Shown: positions 46,273-54,489 of the stretch, piece after piece
Numbering within the stretch: position 1 is the stretch's first letter
Layout of the letters: every line of letters begins with the position of its first letter
IMG/VR virus record: IMGVR_UViG_3300045017_000165
Span: 20,701-84,700 of that record
Origin: a virus
Length of the DNA stretch: 64,000 bases
Direction: 5' to 3' (one strand)
The notes under the pieces: model-generated
What the model was told of the DNA's origin: nothing
What the model saw: only the letters and a program-made list of their open reading frames with translations
Database searches by the model: none
Made by a program: the position numbers and the translations under genes

Positions 46273-47712
46273 GTGAGCGACTTTAATACGGGTTTGAGCA
46301 GCACGATGTTAGAAGAAATTCATTCGTATAAGGATGTTCTTAGTAAGGATGCTGAACTTCTTAAGAATGCTGCCGCAAAAACAAAGGTACTCGAGCACCT
46401 ACCGCTGCTCGGAGGAGCGCTTGCTTGGTCAGCTTTGATGGGCGCTGGTGGGTACTTCCTAGCAAAGAGACGCCACGAGGAGCACGAAAAGCAGCTGAAA
46501 AATAGCTTCAATGCGCTAACTACTACTGACGCGTTTAAGAAAAATCCAGGACAGTATCAGCAGCGTTTCACTGAACTCACCATGTTATCCCCCACTGTTG
46601 CCATGAACCCAAACATGGCTAACAAAGTGATTAAGGATAATCTAGAAAACGGGTTTAATTTGGATGACGTTCATAGACTGTCCGCTGTTGAATACTATAC
46701 GTCTAAGTCAGATAAGCCTGCGCATCCACATTCTGTGGCGGCAAGAAGTGCTTGGTCAGGATTAAGTTCAGCGCTCAGTAATTTGGCGCTGCCTAATTTA
46801 TCGGCATTCTTTGGTGCGTCCCGCGCGTCTAAGGCAACTGAGACCGCTGTCAATAAAGTGCTTAAAGATCAGAAATCTGAGCCCCAAATTCCGCTTCAAC
46901 AAGCGATTAGGGAAATGACTAAAGAAAAAATTCTTGGAGCAATACCGACGCAAGCTCCAGTTATGTCGACTAGTGCTGAACCTTCCGCACCAACGTATAC
47001 TGACGAAATGAAACGCGTTGATGAAATGATTAAAGCCATGCAAATGGCGGGCAAAAAGAGTGGAGGACAAGTGAAACAAAGTTCTGAGATCCAACTTCGA
47101 GTAAGCGATGAATGTATGGGTAGGATGCTAGCAGACAGATACTGTCTTTACAGTATTTCTGAAGGCGCCTTGTCCAAAACTGCTGCAACCTCCGGCTTTA
47201 CAAACACGTTAAAATCCTATCTTTCTGTTGGTGGCAAAGCCATCGATAAGCACTTAAAATCCTATCTTTCTGGTGGTGGCAAAGCCATCGATAAGTACTT
47301 AAAAGTAATGCTCTTGCCCATCGCTATCGGTGGAGGCATCCAACTTATTAAATCGATCCAAAAAAGTCGCGACAACGCCGCTGCGGGTGAAGCCGCTGAT
47401 AAGGTTTTTGCCAGGCTTCGCGCTCAAAGCGACTTGGTGAAAGAAAGCCCAGAGCTAGCTATGCAGGCGTTCGATTCACTAAAAAGTTTCGCTCCAGCTC
47501 TTGCGGCTAAACCCATCATTACCAAGACGTTCGTAGAGGACGTGATTAAGAAACAAGGCTTGCTACCACCGGACACTATCAACATGCTCTCAAAAACAGA
47601 ACAGATGATTCAGCAAGTGAAGGATACGACCGGTGGTCAAGGTTTCATCGAAGGTTTAAAATCTCCGATGTCATTGTTCGGGCACAGTATTAAGGGTTCG
47701 CTTAAGGATTGA
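46273..47712 (+). CDS. Putative internal virion protein with hydrophobic helices
   Basis: 479 aa; two similar halves (TM-like helix followed by F..L...[SA]P.[VL]A..P); 45-bp tandem duplication at 47209-47298. Confidence 0.55.
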   Translation: MSDFNTGLSSTMLEEIHSYKDVLSKDAELLKNAAAKTKVLEHLPLLGGALAWSALMGAGGYFLAKRRHEEHEKQLKNSFNALTTTDAFKKNPGQYQQRFTELTMLSPTVAMNPNMANKVIKDNLENGFNLDDVHRLSAVEYYTSKSDKPAHPHSVAARSAWSGLSSALSNLALPNLSAFFGASRASKATETAVNKVLKDQKSEPQIPLQQAIREMTKEKILGAIPTQAPVMSTSAEPSAPTYTDEMKRVDEMIKAMQMAGKKSGGQVKQSSEIQLRVSDECMGRMLADRYCLYSISEGALSKTAATSGFTNTLKSYLSVGGKAIDKHLKSYLSGGGKAIDKYLKVMLLPIAIGGGIQLIKSIQKSRDNAAAGEAADKVFARLRAQSDLVKESPELAMQAFDSLKSFAPALAAKPIITKTFVEDVIKKQGLLPPDTINMLSKTEQMIQQVKDTTGGQGFIEGLKSPMSLFGHSIKGSLKD

Positions 47713-49655
47713 TGATGGATAAGCGCCTTATTTTTCCTGGCAACACTAACGATAATCGCGACCTCTTTTTCGTTAAGGAAGATCGCAATTATCTTGTTAA
47801 GAAAGCCTCGAATTACCACCCTAAAATTGCGCAGTATATTGAAAAAGCGCAGCCCATAGATGATCTGGTGCAAGTGCTCCTAACGGCTCTGGGCGCTTAC
47901 GAAGCATGGGGTCAGAACGTTAATGGTGACATCTTCAAAATTCCTGCGCTTTCTCACGAGGGAGATGATTACGGCTACCAGACGTTTAAAACCACCGGTA
48001 ATTATTTCACGCACCATAATAACAAGGATCCGGCTTTAGCTAAGGGCAAAGTTCTACACTCAGTGTGGAATGATAAGGCTAAACGAGTTGAACTTGTTGT
48101 CGGTATTAATCCTAAACTGGATCCAGATGCTATTGCTGAGATAAGCAATGGTAACGATCTGTGCTTCTCGATGGGCGCTAAAGTTCCCTACGACGTTTGC
48201 TCAGTATGCGGCAATAAAGCAAAAACTCGGGCTGACTACTGCGAGCACCTTCGCTACATGTTAAACCAGATTGATCCTGTTTCAGGTCTTTTGGTCGGCG
48301 CCGACAATACATTCCCTAAATTCTTTGATATCAGTCGGGTTTTAATACCAGCTGATAAGACAGCTTATATGTGGACAAAGGTAGCTTCAGCTGCCAATCC
48401 ATTTCAGAAACTGAGCAGTTCATTCCTAGCGGCGCTTCCAGCAGGTAAGTTGAATGACACCGAGTTTCTGCAAAAATGCGCGGATGAGCAGGCAGAGATT
48501 GCGCGCGATCGTTTCAGCACCAAGAAGATAGCCGTCGTCAATAAGGATGCCTCCATCATTAAGCGGGTTCCGCTAAAGATTGACGCCAACGCCTCTGATA
48601 AAATAAACGCAGACAGCACAGGTTTAGAGCAACTCGAGTCTAGCGTAGGTACAGCGGCTAAAGCTCTGCAAGCGGTGTCGCCGGACATTCCTAAGGAAAA
48701 GTTTTTAAAAGCTAAAGATAAGTCAGATGCCATTCTGACCATGCTACTTCTAGGAATGGTACCGAAAGTTGGCGAGCTAGATTCGCTCAAAGAAGCGGAT
48801 GAGCCGGCTGCATCATTTCCATCTGGAGTTGCCCACAAGACTGCCGAGGCTTTTAACAGTGAGTTAGCAGAGGATCTATCCGGATTCATTCCAGAAAGGT
48901 CTTTTGCAAGACCTTTCCTGCTTCAAAGATCTATCAAGCTGGCATCTCAATTAGAGCTGGAAAAGACTGCCGAGACAGTGAATGATCTGATGGAGCGAAA
49001 CCGTAATCCTCAGCTTAAACCGTCCCCCATCAGTCCGGAACTACTGGTTGGATCACTTGCCGCCATATTCGCGGCAAGCCCCCTTATCCGTAAGATGGTT
49101 ATGAATAACCCTCTGATTGCTATGGCTCTCGGCGCCGGTCTGTTGGCTGGTGGCAAGACTCTTATAGACACTCCTCCCAGAACTGGTTTTTATGACGTTG
49201 ACGCGGGGATTAGTGGCTTATACAATAAGGGCTGGCAGAGTCGCTTTATGGACTACCAATCGCGTCCTGTCACGGTTATTAAAACCGCTAACGATCGGAA
49301 TGTAGGTTTGTACAAAAAGTTATTTTACGGCGTTCCAGCCATTTATTTAACGTCTAAACTTTATGACACGTACCACGACCTACATCCGGAGAAGCGGCGT
49401 CATCCGGTAATCGGAACCATAGCAAAACATCCAGATTTATTGTCGTTCGGACTCATAGGAGAACACTTAGGTGGTCGCCCCGTCAGTAAGCGGATATCTG
49501 CTTTGCTCGAATCCGGTAAAAGAGCTGTTAAAACAGCATCCTTAAATGATATCGAATTTTTAAGTTCTGCTCCTGAAGAGGAGCGTGAGTTGCTGTGGGA
49601 CTTTGCAATCTTAGATTGCGCAAATCGCATAAGTGACAAGTTGTTAGGAGGATAA
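47712..49655 (+). CDS. Prohead (capsid maturation) protease
   Basis: FTHHNNKD (His), FSMGA (Ser), CSVCGN..YCEHL, FFDISRVLIPAD; HK97/assemblin-type; upstream of scaffold and capsid genes. Confidence 0.8.
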   Translation: MMDKRLIFPGNTNDNRDLFFVKEDRNYLVKKASNYHPKIAQYIEKAQPIDDLVQVLLTALGAYEAWGQNVNGDIFKIPALSHEGDDYGYQTFKTTGNYFTHHNNKDPALAKGKVLHSVWNDKAKRVELVVGINPKLDPDAIAEISNGNDLCFSMGAKVPYDVCSVCGNKAKTRADYCEHLRYMLNQIDPVSGLLVGADNTFPKFFDISRVLIPADKTAYMWTKVASAANPFQKLSSSFLAALPAGKLNDTEFLQKCADEQAEIARDRFSTKKIAVVNKDASIIKRVPLKIDANASDKINADSTGLEQLESSVGTAAKALQAVSPDIPKEKFLKAKDKSDAILTMLLLGMVPKVGELDSLKEADEPAASFPSGVAHKTAEAFNSELAEDLSGFIPERSFARPFLLQRSIKLASQLELEKTAETVNDLMERNRNPQLKPSPISPELLVGSLAAIFAASPLIRKMVMNNPLIAMALGAGLLAGGKTLIDTPPRTGFYDVDAGISGLYNKGWQSRFMDYQSRPVTVIKTANDRNVGLYKKLFYGVPAIYLTSKLYDTYHDLHPEKRRHPVIGTIAKHPDLLSFGLIGEHLGGRPVSKRISALLESGKRAVKTASLNDIEFLSSAPEEERELLWDFAILDCANRISDKLLGG

Positions 49656-49656
49656 C

Positions 49657-50259
49657 ATGGCTTCTATTAAAGAATTGCTGGCTGAATGCAATCTTTCCGA
49701 CCCTCAAACATCTGGGCAGGAAAAAGTAGCAACAGCGGCTAAACCCTCGACCGACGAGATCGATCGAGTTTTAGAAAATCTTGGGCTAAAAGAAGATGGT
49801 CAGGAAAAGACCGCTTCCGCTACCGAGACAGACGGAGGAAATGATATGAGCTTGGCTAATATTTACAATCAGCTGTTCGATACGCAGGAAGTTGAAACTG
49901 CGGTCGAAACGGAAAAAGTTGCTTCAGAAGTTGAAACCAACGAAGAATCTTCTGAAGTCAGCGCGACCACAGCGTTCGGCGAACTCACTGGCGAATACTT
50001 CAACATTATCGCCGCTCCTTTCTTCAGCAAAGTTGCTGGTGAATTGGAAATGGAAGCTGGCAAAGGTGAAAAACCACTCGCTCATCAGCCTAAAGCTGAA
50101 GGCGATGCGCACCTTCCAGTTAACCACAAAGCTTCAGGCGGCGAAGGCTTGAAAGCGATGACCCACGGTGAAAGCCCATATTCTTTGAAAGAAAAAGCTC
50201 TCGCAAAAGCTATTCTTAAGAGAATGATGGCTGCTCCTGTTGGCGCCATTAAAGAATAA
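49657..50259 (+). CDS. Acidic scaffold/core protein
   Basis: EKVAT, EKTAS, EKVAS, SKVAG; RBS AGGAGG. Confidence 0.6.
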   Translation: MASIKELLAECNLSDPQTSGQEKVATAAKPSTDEIDRVLENLGLKEDGQEKTASATETDGGNDMSLANIYNQLFDTQEVETAVETEKVASEVETNEESSEVSATTAFGELTGEYFNIIAAPFFSKVAGELEMEAGKGEKPLAHQPKAEGDAHLPVNHKASGGEGLKAMTHGESPYSLKEKALAKAILKRMMAAPVGAIKE

Positions 50260-50270
50260 GGAGTCACACC

Positions 50271-51140
50271 ATGAGTAAAGATATTTTCTCAATGATTGAA
50301 GGCATGAGCGACGTGGAGAAGAACGAACTTCTCAACGCTGAAATTCCAGCTGAACTTGAAAAGCAGGCTGAAGCTGATCTCGATCAAGCTTCGTTGGCTG
50401 ATGCTTTGTACAACTATGGCTGGCTCTCGGCTGAACGTGCGATCGCTGAAGAAGAAGGTCTTGATAAGTTTGCTTCTGAAGATCTCGAAGCTCACGAAAA
50501 TTCTGAAAAAGAAATCGGTGAAGCTATTGAGTCTCTCATGAGCTCACTCGGCGTTGCTGATAGTGAAGATGAAGTTGAACTTCATAAAGAAGCTCAGGCT
50601 GCCGCTTCGTTGATTTTTGAAGGCTATTCGGATTGTTTTGAAAAGCTCGCTGCTAAGCAGAAGGCTAGCTTCATTCAGAACCTCTCGAAGAAGACCATGG
50701 CTGGCTTGAAAGCTGCTAAAGAAAAGACAGTCGAAAAAGCGAGAGAAGCCGCGAAAGCTGCTAAGAAAGGTGCAAAAGAAGCCGTTAAGGGCGCGCACAA
50801 CATCGGCAAAAAAGGTGGCTACGGAGCCATCGGTGGCGCCGGTGCTCTTTATCTTGGCGCGAAAGCTAAGCAGAAGCTAGAAAAGAAAGCTTCTGAAATG
50901 ACCGTCGGTGAACTCTATGAAGGCTTCTCTGAAAAGATCGCAGCCGAAATGGAAATCATGGAAGGCATTGATAAACTCGCCGCTAAAGGTGCGAAGAAAG
51001 CCAAGAAAATTATCCCTTTCATGGCTAAGGTAAAAGAAGTTGCTGAGAAAGCACACAAAGCCGGTAAAAAAGGCTTGTATGCTGGTCTCGGTGGCGCTGG
51101 CGCCGGTTTCGCTGCTGGTAAAGCTAGCAACGAGGATTAA
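50271..51140 (+). CDS. Scaffold/core protein, acidic and basic blocks separated by K-x-A
   Basis: EKQAE, DKFAS, HKEAQ, EKLAA, EKKAS, EKIAA, DKLAA. Confidence 0.6.
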   Translation: MSKDIFSMIEGMSDVEKNELLNAEIPAELEKQAEADLDQASLADALYNYGWLSAERAIAEEEGLDKFASEDLEAHENSEKEIGEAIESLMSSLGVADSEDEVELHKEAQAAASLIFEGYSDCFEKLAAKQKASFIQNLSKKTMAGLKAAKEKTVEKAREAAKAAKKGAKEAVKGAHNIGKKGGYGAIGGAGALYLGAKAKQKLEKKASEMTVGELYEGFSEKIAAEMEIMEGIDKLAAKGAKKAKKIIPFMAKVKEVAEKAHKAGKKGLYAGLGGAGAGFAAGKASNED

Positions 51141-51143
51141 GAA

Positions 51144-51533
51144 ATGGCTAAGGCAAGAACTCTGAAAGACCTACTAGCTCAAGCTGATGCCTTCGTGAAG
51201 GTCAGTCAGGCAAGCACGTCTAACGAAGTTCTTACCTCTCAAGGTGATGTGGAAGCGCTAGCGAACAAATTAGCTAGCGCTTCCGCTGAAATCCATGTTG
51301 TTAACGATAACGAACTTGATGCGGACTTTGAAAAGCTCGCCGAAAGCTTTAATCGTTACCAGACCGTCCTCGAGCTCAACGAACTTTTTAAAGTAGCTGA
51401 GTTTGAGAATAAAGCCAGACAAGAAGGTTTCAACGACGCACAAATCGCTGAAGCTATTAATAAAATTGCGGCGGAAAAGTTGGCTAAAAACCTTCCTTTC
51501 TTAGCAGCTCTTAAAAGGTCTTGTCAGGATTAA
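51144..51533 (+). CDS. Scaffold-like protein
   Basis: 129 aa, helical, K-x-A rich. Confidence 0.6.
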   Translation: MAKARTLKDLLAQADAFVKVSQASTSNEVLTSQGDVEALANKLASASAEIHVVNDNELDADFEKLAESFNRYQTVLELNELFKVAEFENKARQEGFNDAQIAEAINKIAAEKLAKNLPFLAALKRSCQD

Positions 51534-51544
51534 GGAGCCGCCAC

Positions 51545-51904
51545 ATGGATAAAGTTATAAAGCTTGAGCACATTAAACTAGCGGGTGATCTTCTTAAACG
51601 TGAACATGCAGAGCGAGTACGACTCGAAAAAGTTGCCTCCGATGCGATTCAAGAGAAGAGAGCGCAAAAAATTGCATTCCGCGAAGTTGAGCTCGGCATA
51701 TCAGAACCGTTCAAGTCTTTTGATGATTTTCAGACTAAGGTAGCAAGCCTGCGCACTGAAAATCTTGAGGTACTTGAGAAAGCGCTAGAGAGAGGCTACG
51801 GCAATTCTCAAAGCTTTGGTGAACTCGACGTTGAGTCGAATAACAGAAAAAATAGGAATCCGTTGGAACATTTCGTTCTTACTGGTGAACTAGAACTCGA
51901 TTAA
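51545..51904 (+). CDS. Scaffold-like protein
   Basis: Start moved to ATG after AAGGAG; IKLAG, EKVAS, QKIAF, TKVAS. Confidence 0.6.
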   Translation: MDKVIKLEHIKLAGDLLKREHAERVRLEKVASDAIQEKRAQKIAFREVELGISEPFKSFDDFQTKVASLRTENLEVLEKALERGYGNSQSFGELDVESNNRKNRNPLEHFVLTGELELD

Positions 51905-51916
51905 AGGAGACCTATC

Positions 51917-52384
51917 ATGGTTGCTGAACTAATCGTACCTATTACAGAAGATCTTCGTAAAGAAGACTCTCGTATGGACATCATCAAAGGGATCGAACAC
52001 ATCGCTCCTAAAGATGAAGTCATGACTGCTGGCGTGTTGAGCGCTGGTTGTGAAGCTGGCGACTGGCTTGTTAAGGGTGCAAACGGACTCGAAATTCCTG
52101 GCTTGTCGGCTGTTGCTAATACCTACCCTGTGTGGGTTGGCAATGATCAGTTGGATGCTAAAGCGTCAGGTAAAGCTACCATCATCGTTGATGGTGGATT
52201 TATCTATCGCACTACGAAGTATGTGGCAGGTTCCTACACTGTCGGCATGAACCTCACCGTTAAAGGCTTAGGCGCTGGTGAGAAAGTTCCGTCGGCGGCT
52301 GCTGGTTCCGATCCAATTTTGGCCCGTGTATACACTGCGCCTGATTCAAAAGGCGTTATGGAAATTCTCGTATTGAATCGCTAA
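51917..52384 (+). CDS. Capsid decoration/cement protein
   Basis: 155 aa beta-rich, directly upstream of MCP; RBS AAGGAG. Confidence 0.6.
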   Translation: MVAELIVPITEDLRKEDSRMDIIKGIEHIAPKDEVMTAGVLSAGCEAGDWLVKGANGLEIPGLSAVANTYPVWVGNDQLDAKASGKATIIVDGGFIYRTTKYVAGSYTVGMNLTVKGLGAGEKVPSAAAGSDPILARVYTAPDSKGVMEILVLNR

Positions 52385-52428
52385 GCGATCGATACTTGAA
52401 CAGCTAACCCAAGGAGGAGGAGGCAAAC

Positions 52429-53349
52429 ATGTCTTTTCAAGAAGAAGCAACAACGTTCAATAATTTGTTCGTTGAGCGTATGGACACCACCGATGGACAG
52501 ATCAAGACAGCTCAGGCTGGTCAAGCTTATGTCCGTTCGTTCTTGCGTGAACATTCGTTCAGCCGCAAAGTTCTTCCGCCCGAGTCTGTGACTCGTTCGG
52601 ATCTTACCCGTTCGACCCGTCATGACACTCTGATGAAGATTGTCGACTTCGAACATCCTTCAACTGCAGCAGTTGTCAACTTCCGCTCAGCCGGTCGTGA
52701 ACGCTACTTGCAGGGCAAGCGCTACGCGGTTCCGTTCTTCAAAGTTGAGAGCGATCTCTTCGTGAAGAATGAAGCTGAGTTGCTTGCTTACGAATATCCG
52801 ATCACCAAAGTGATTGAAGAAAACAGCATTAAAGACATTATGGCTGTTGAAGACTCGGTCTTCATGAATGTCTGTAACGGTGCTGTTACGACTTCTGGTA
52901 AGAAGATCGTTTCGACCGACACCACGGTTACTCGCAGTAACCTCAATAAACTCGTCAAGATGATCGACGTGGACAAGCTCCAGTCAACGATGTTCTTGAT
53001 GACCAACGTCGATTTCGACGATTGGCACGTTCAGCCAGCTACCGACATCGGTTCACCGCTGGCTTCTGAGATCGTGACGAAGGGCTATCAGTACGACAGC
53101 ATTCTTCGCCGCAAGCTCGTTGTGACCAACAAGACCGATTTGTTGGCTCCTGGTCACATCTTTGCTTTCACGGATCCTCAGTTCCTCGGCAACTTCTTCA
53201 TCCTGAACGACGTTAAGTTCTGGATTAAGAAAGAAGCTGATAAGGTCCTCTGGAAGACGTGGGAATACGTCGGCATGGGCGTCGCCAACCTCCGTTCGAT
53301 CGCGAAGATTGAATTGGCTGTTCCAGCGATTCCACATCCTGATTTCTAA
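52429..53349 (+). CDS. Major capsid protein (HK97 fold)
   Basis: 306 aa, very strong RBS (AAGGAGGAGGAGG), biased codons, LREHSFSRKVLP, EDSVF, WEYVGMGVAN; terminator follows. Confidence 0.8.
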   Translation: MSFQEEATTFNNLFVERMDTTDGQIKTAQAGQAYVRSFLREHSFSRKVLPPESVTRSDLTRSTRHDTLMKIVDFEHPSTAAVVNFRSAGRERYLQGKRYAVPFFKVESDLFVKNEAELLAYEYPITKVIEENSIKDIMAVEDSVFMNVCNGAVTTSGKKIVSTDTTVTRSNLNKLVKMIDVDKLQSTMFLMTNVDFDDWHVQPATDIGSPLASEIVTKGYQYDSILRRKLVVTNKTDLLAPGHIFAFTDPQFLGNFFILNDVKFWIKKEADKVLWKTWEYVGMGVANLRSIAKIELAVPAIPHPDF

Positions 53350-53372
53350 GATAGTCTAGAGATCTATGTGCT

Positions 53373-53410
53373 AACGCCCGGGGGCTAAAACTCCCGGGCG
53401 TTTTATTTTT
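53373..53410 (+). terminator. Intrinsic terminator after MCP
   Basis: AACGCCCGGG/CCCGGGCGTT then TTATTTTT. Confidence 0.85.
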
Positions 53411-53465
53411 GTGACTTGCGCGTATTTTAGCTCAGTGCTAATTTTGCTTTAAGGAGACTCATTAC

Positions 53466-53990
53466 ATGGCTAAGTACCGTATTACTAATATCACTCATAC
53501 TCTTAAAGAATTCCCACGTGGCTTCTGTCTAGATTTTGACGGTAAGTTTTTTACGCCGACCCATTATATTATCGTAGAGGTACCAGCCATCTCCGAACAG
53601 CTACAGGAGTGGATCGATAAGAAGTGGGCAAGGCTTGAGGATGCTGGTGCTGCGCTTGTAAGTAAGCCCGAGGAAACCAAAGTCTCGCTCGGTGTTAACA
53701 TCAACGAAGCTAACCCGACTGAGGTTGAAGAAGACGAGCTCGATGAGTTTAACCTAGCCGACGCCAAAGAAGCGGCACTCCCGCAGGCTGAGCAGGGACA
53801 CATTCAGAGCATTAGCCAGGTGGATAACAAACCTCGCGCTAAAGTAACGCTTGGATCAGAGAACGAGCACATGCCGGCTGATATTCACTCCCCTATCCCT
53901 GGCGACAGAGTGCGCAATGTCGACGATACCGCGGCGTTCACTGTTAGAGCTCCGCACGTTTACCAGCCGGGTGCTGTGGTAAAGAGCTGA
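53466..53990 (+). CDS. Hypothetical protein
   Basis: 174 aa; RBS AAGGAG. Confidence 0.6.
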   Translation: MAKYRITNITHTLKEFPRGFCLDFDGKFFTPTHYIIVEVPAISEQLQEWIDKKWARLEDAGAALVSKPEETKVSLGVNINEANPTEVEEDELDEFNLADAKEAALPQAEQGHIQSISQVDNKPRAKVTLGSENEHMPADIHSPIPGDRVRNVDDTAAFTVRAPHVYQPGAVVKS

Positions 53991-54014
53991 GCTAAGTGAT
54001 AGTATTTTGGGGGT

Positions 54015-54485
54015 ATGCAATACTCCGCACAGGAAAAGAAACGTCTAGAGAAAGCTCGCGAGTACTTGAGACTATTTACCTCCGACACCGAGGAGTTGAA
54101 TAGACTTTTGCGTCGTAAAGAGATTAGCGATAAGCAGCTTGATCTTGCGATCCAGCTGACTATCAGTGATTGGAATTCTACCACTCCCATTATTGGGGCG
54201 GTGACGATCGGCAATTTTCCCAGTCTCTATCTTTTACTCCATGGCGCCACCATTCAAATGCTCAAGATGGCGGGATTATACCAGAGTAGAAACGAGCTCA
54301 CATACAGCTCCGGCGGCAGCTCCTTTGTGCGCTCAAACAAAACATCATATTATCAGTCGTGGATTCAAAACTTTGCTTCCGAGTATGAAGCTAAAAAACT
54401 AAACTGGAAGATTCAGCGCAACACCGAATCAGCATACGGAGGCGGTTTTCACTCTGAGTATTTTTCCATTGGTTATGATTGGTGA
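54015..54485 (+). CDS. Putative head-tail adaptor (neck) protein
   Basis: 156 aa helical; SD.QL..AI, YSSGGSS; post-capsid position. Confidence 0.55.
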   Translation: MQYSAQEKKRLEKAREYLRLFTSDTEELNRLLRRKEISDKQLDLAIQLTISDWNSTTPIIGAVTIGNFPSLYLLLHGATIQMLKMAGLYQSRNELTYSSGGSSFVRSNKTSYYQSWIQNFASEYEAKKLNWKIQRNTESAYGGGFHSEYFSIGYDW

Positions 54486-54489
54486 TCGT

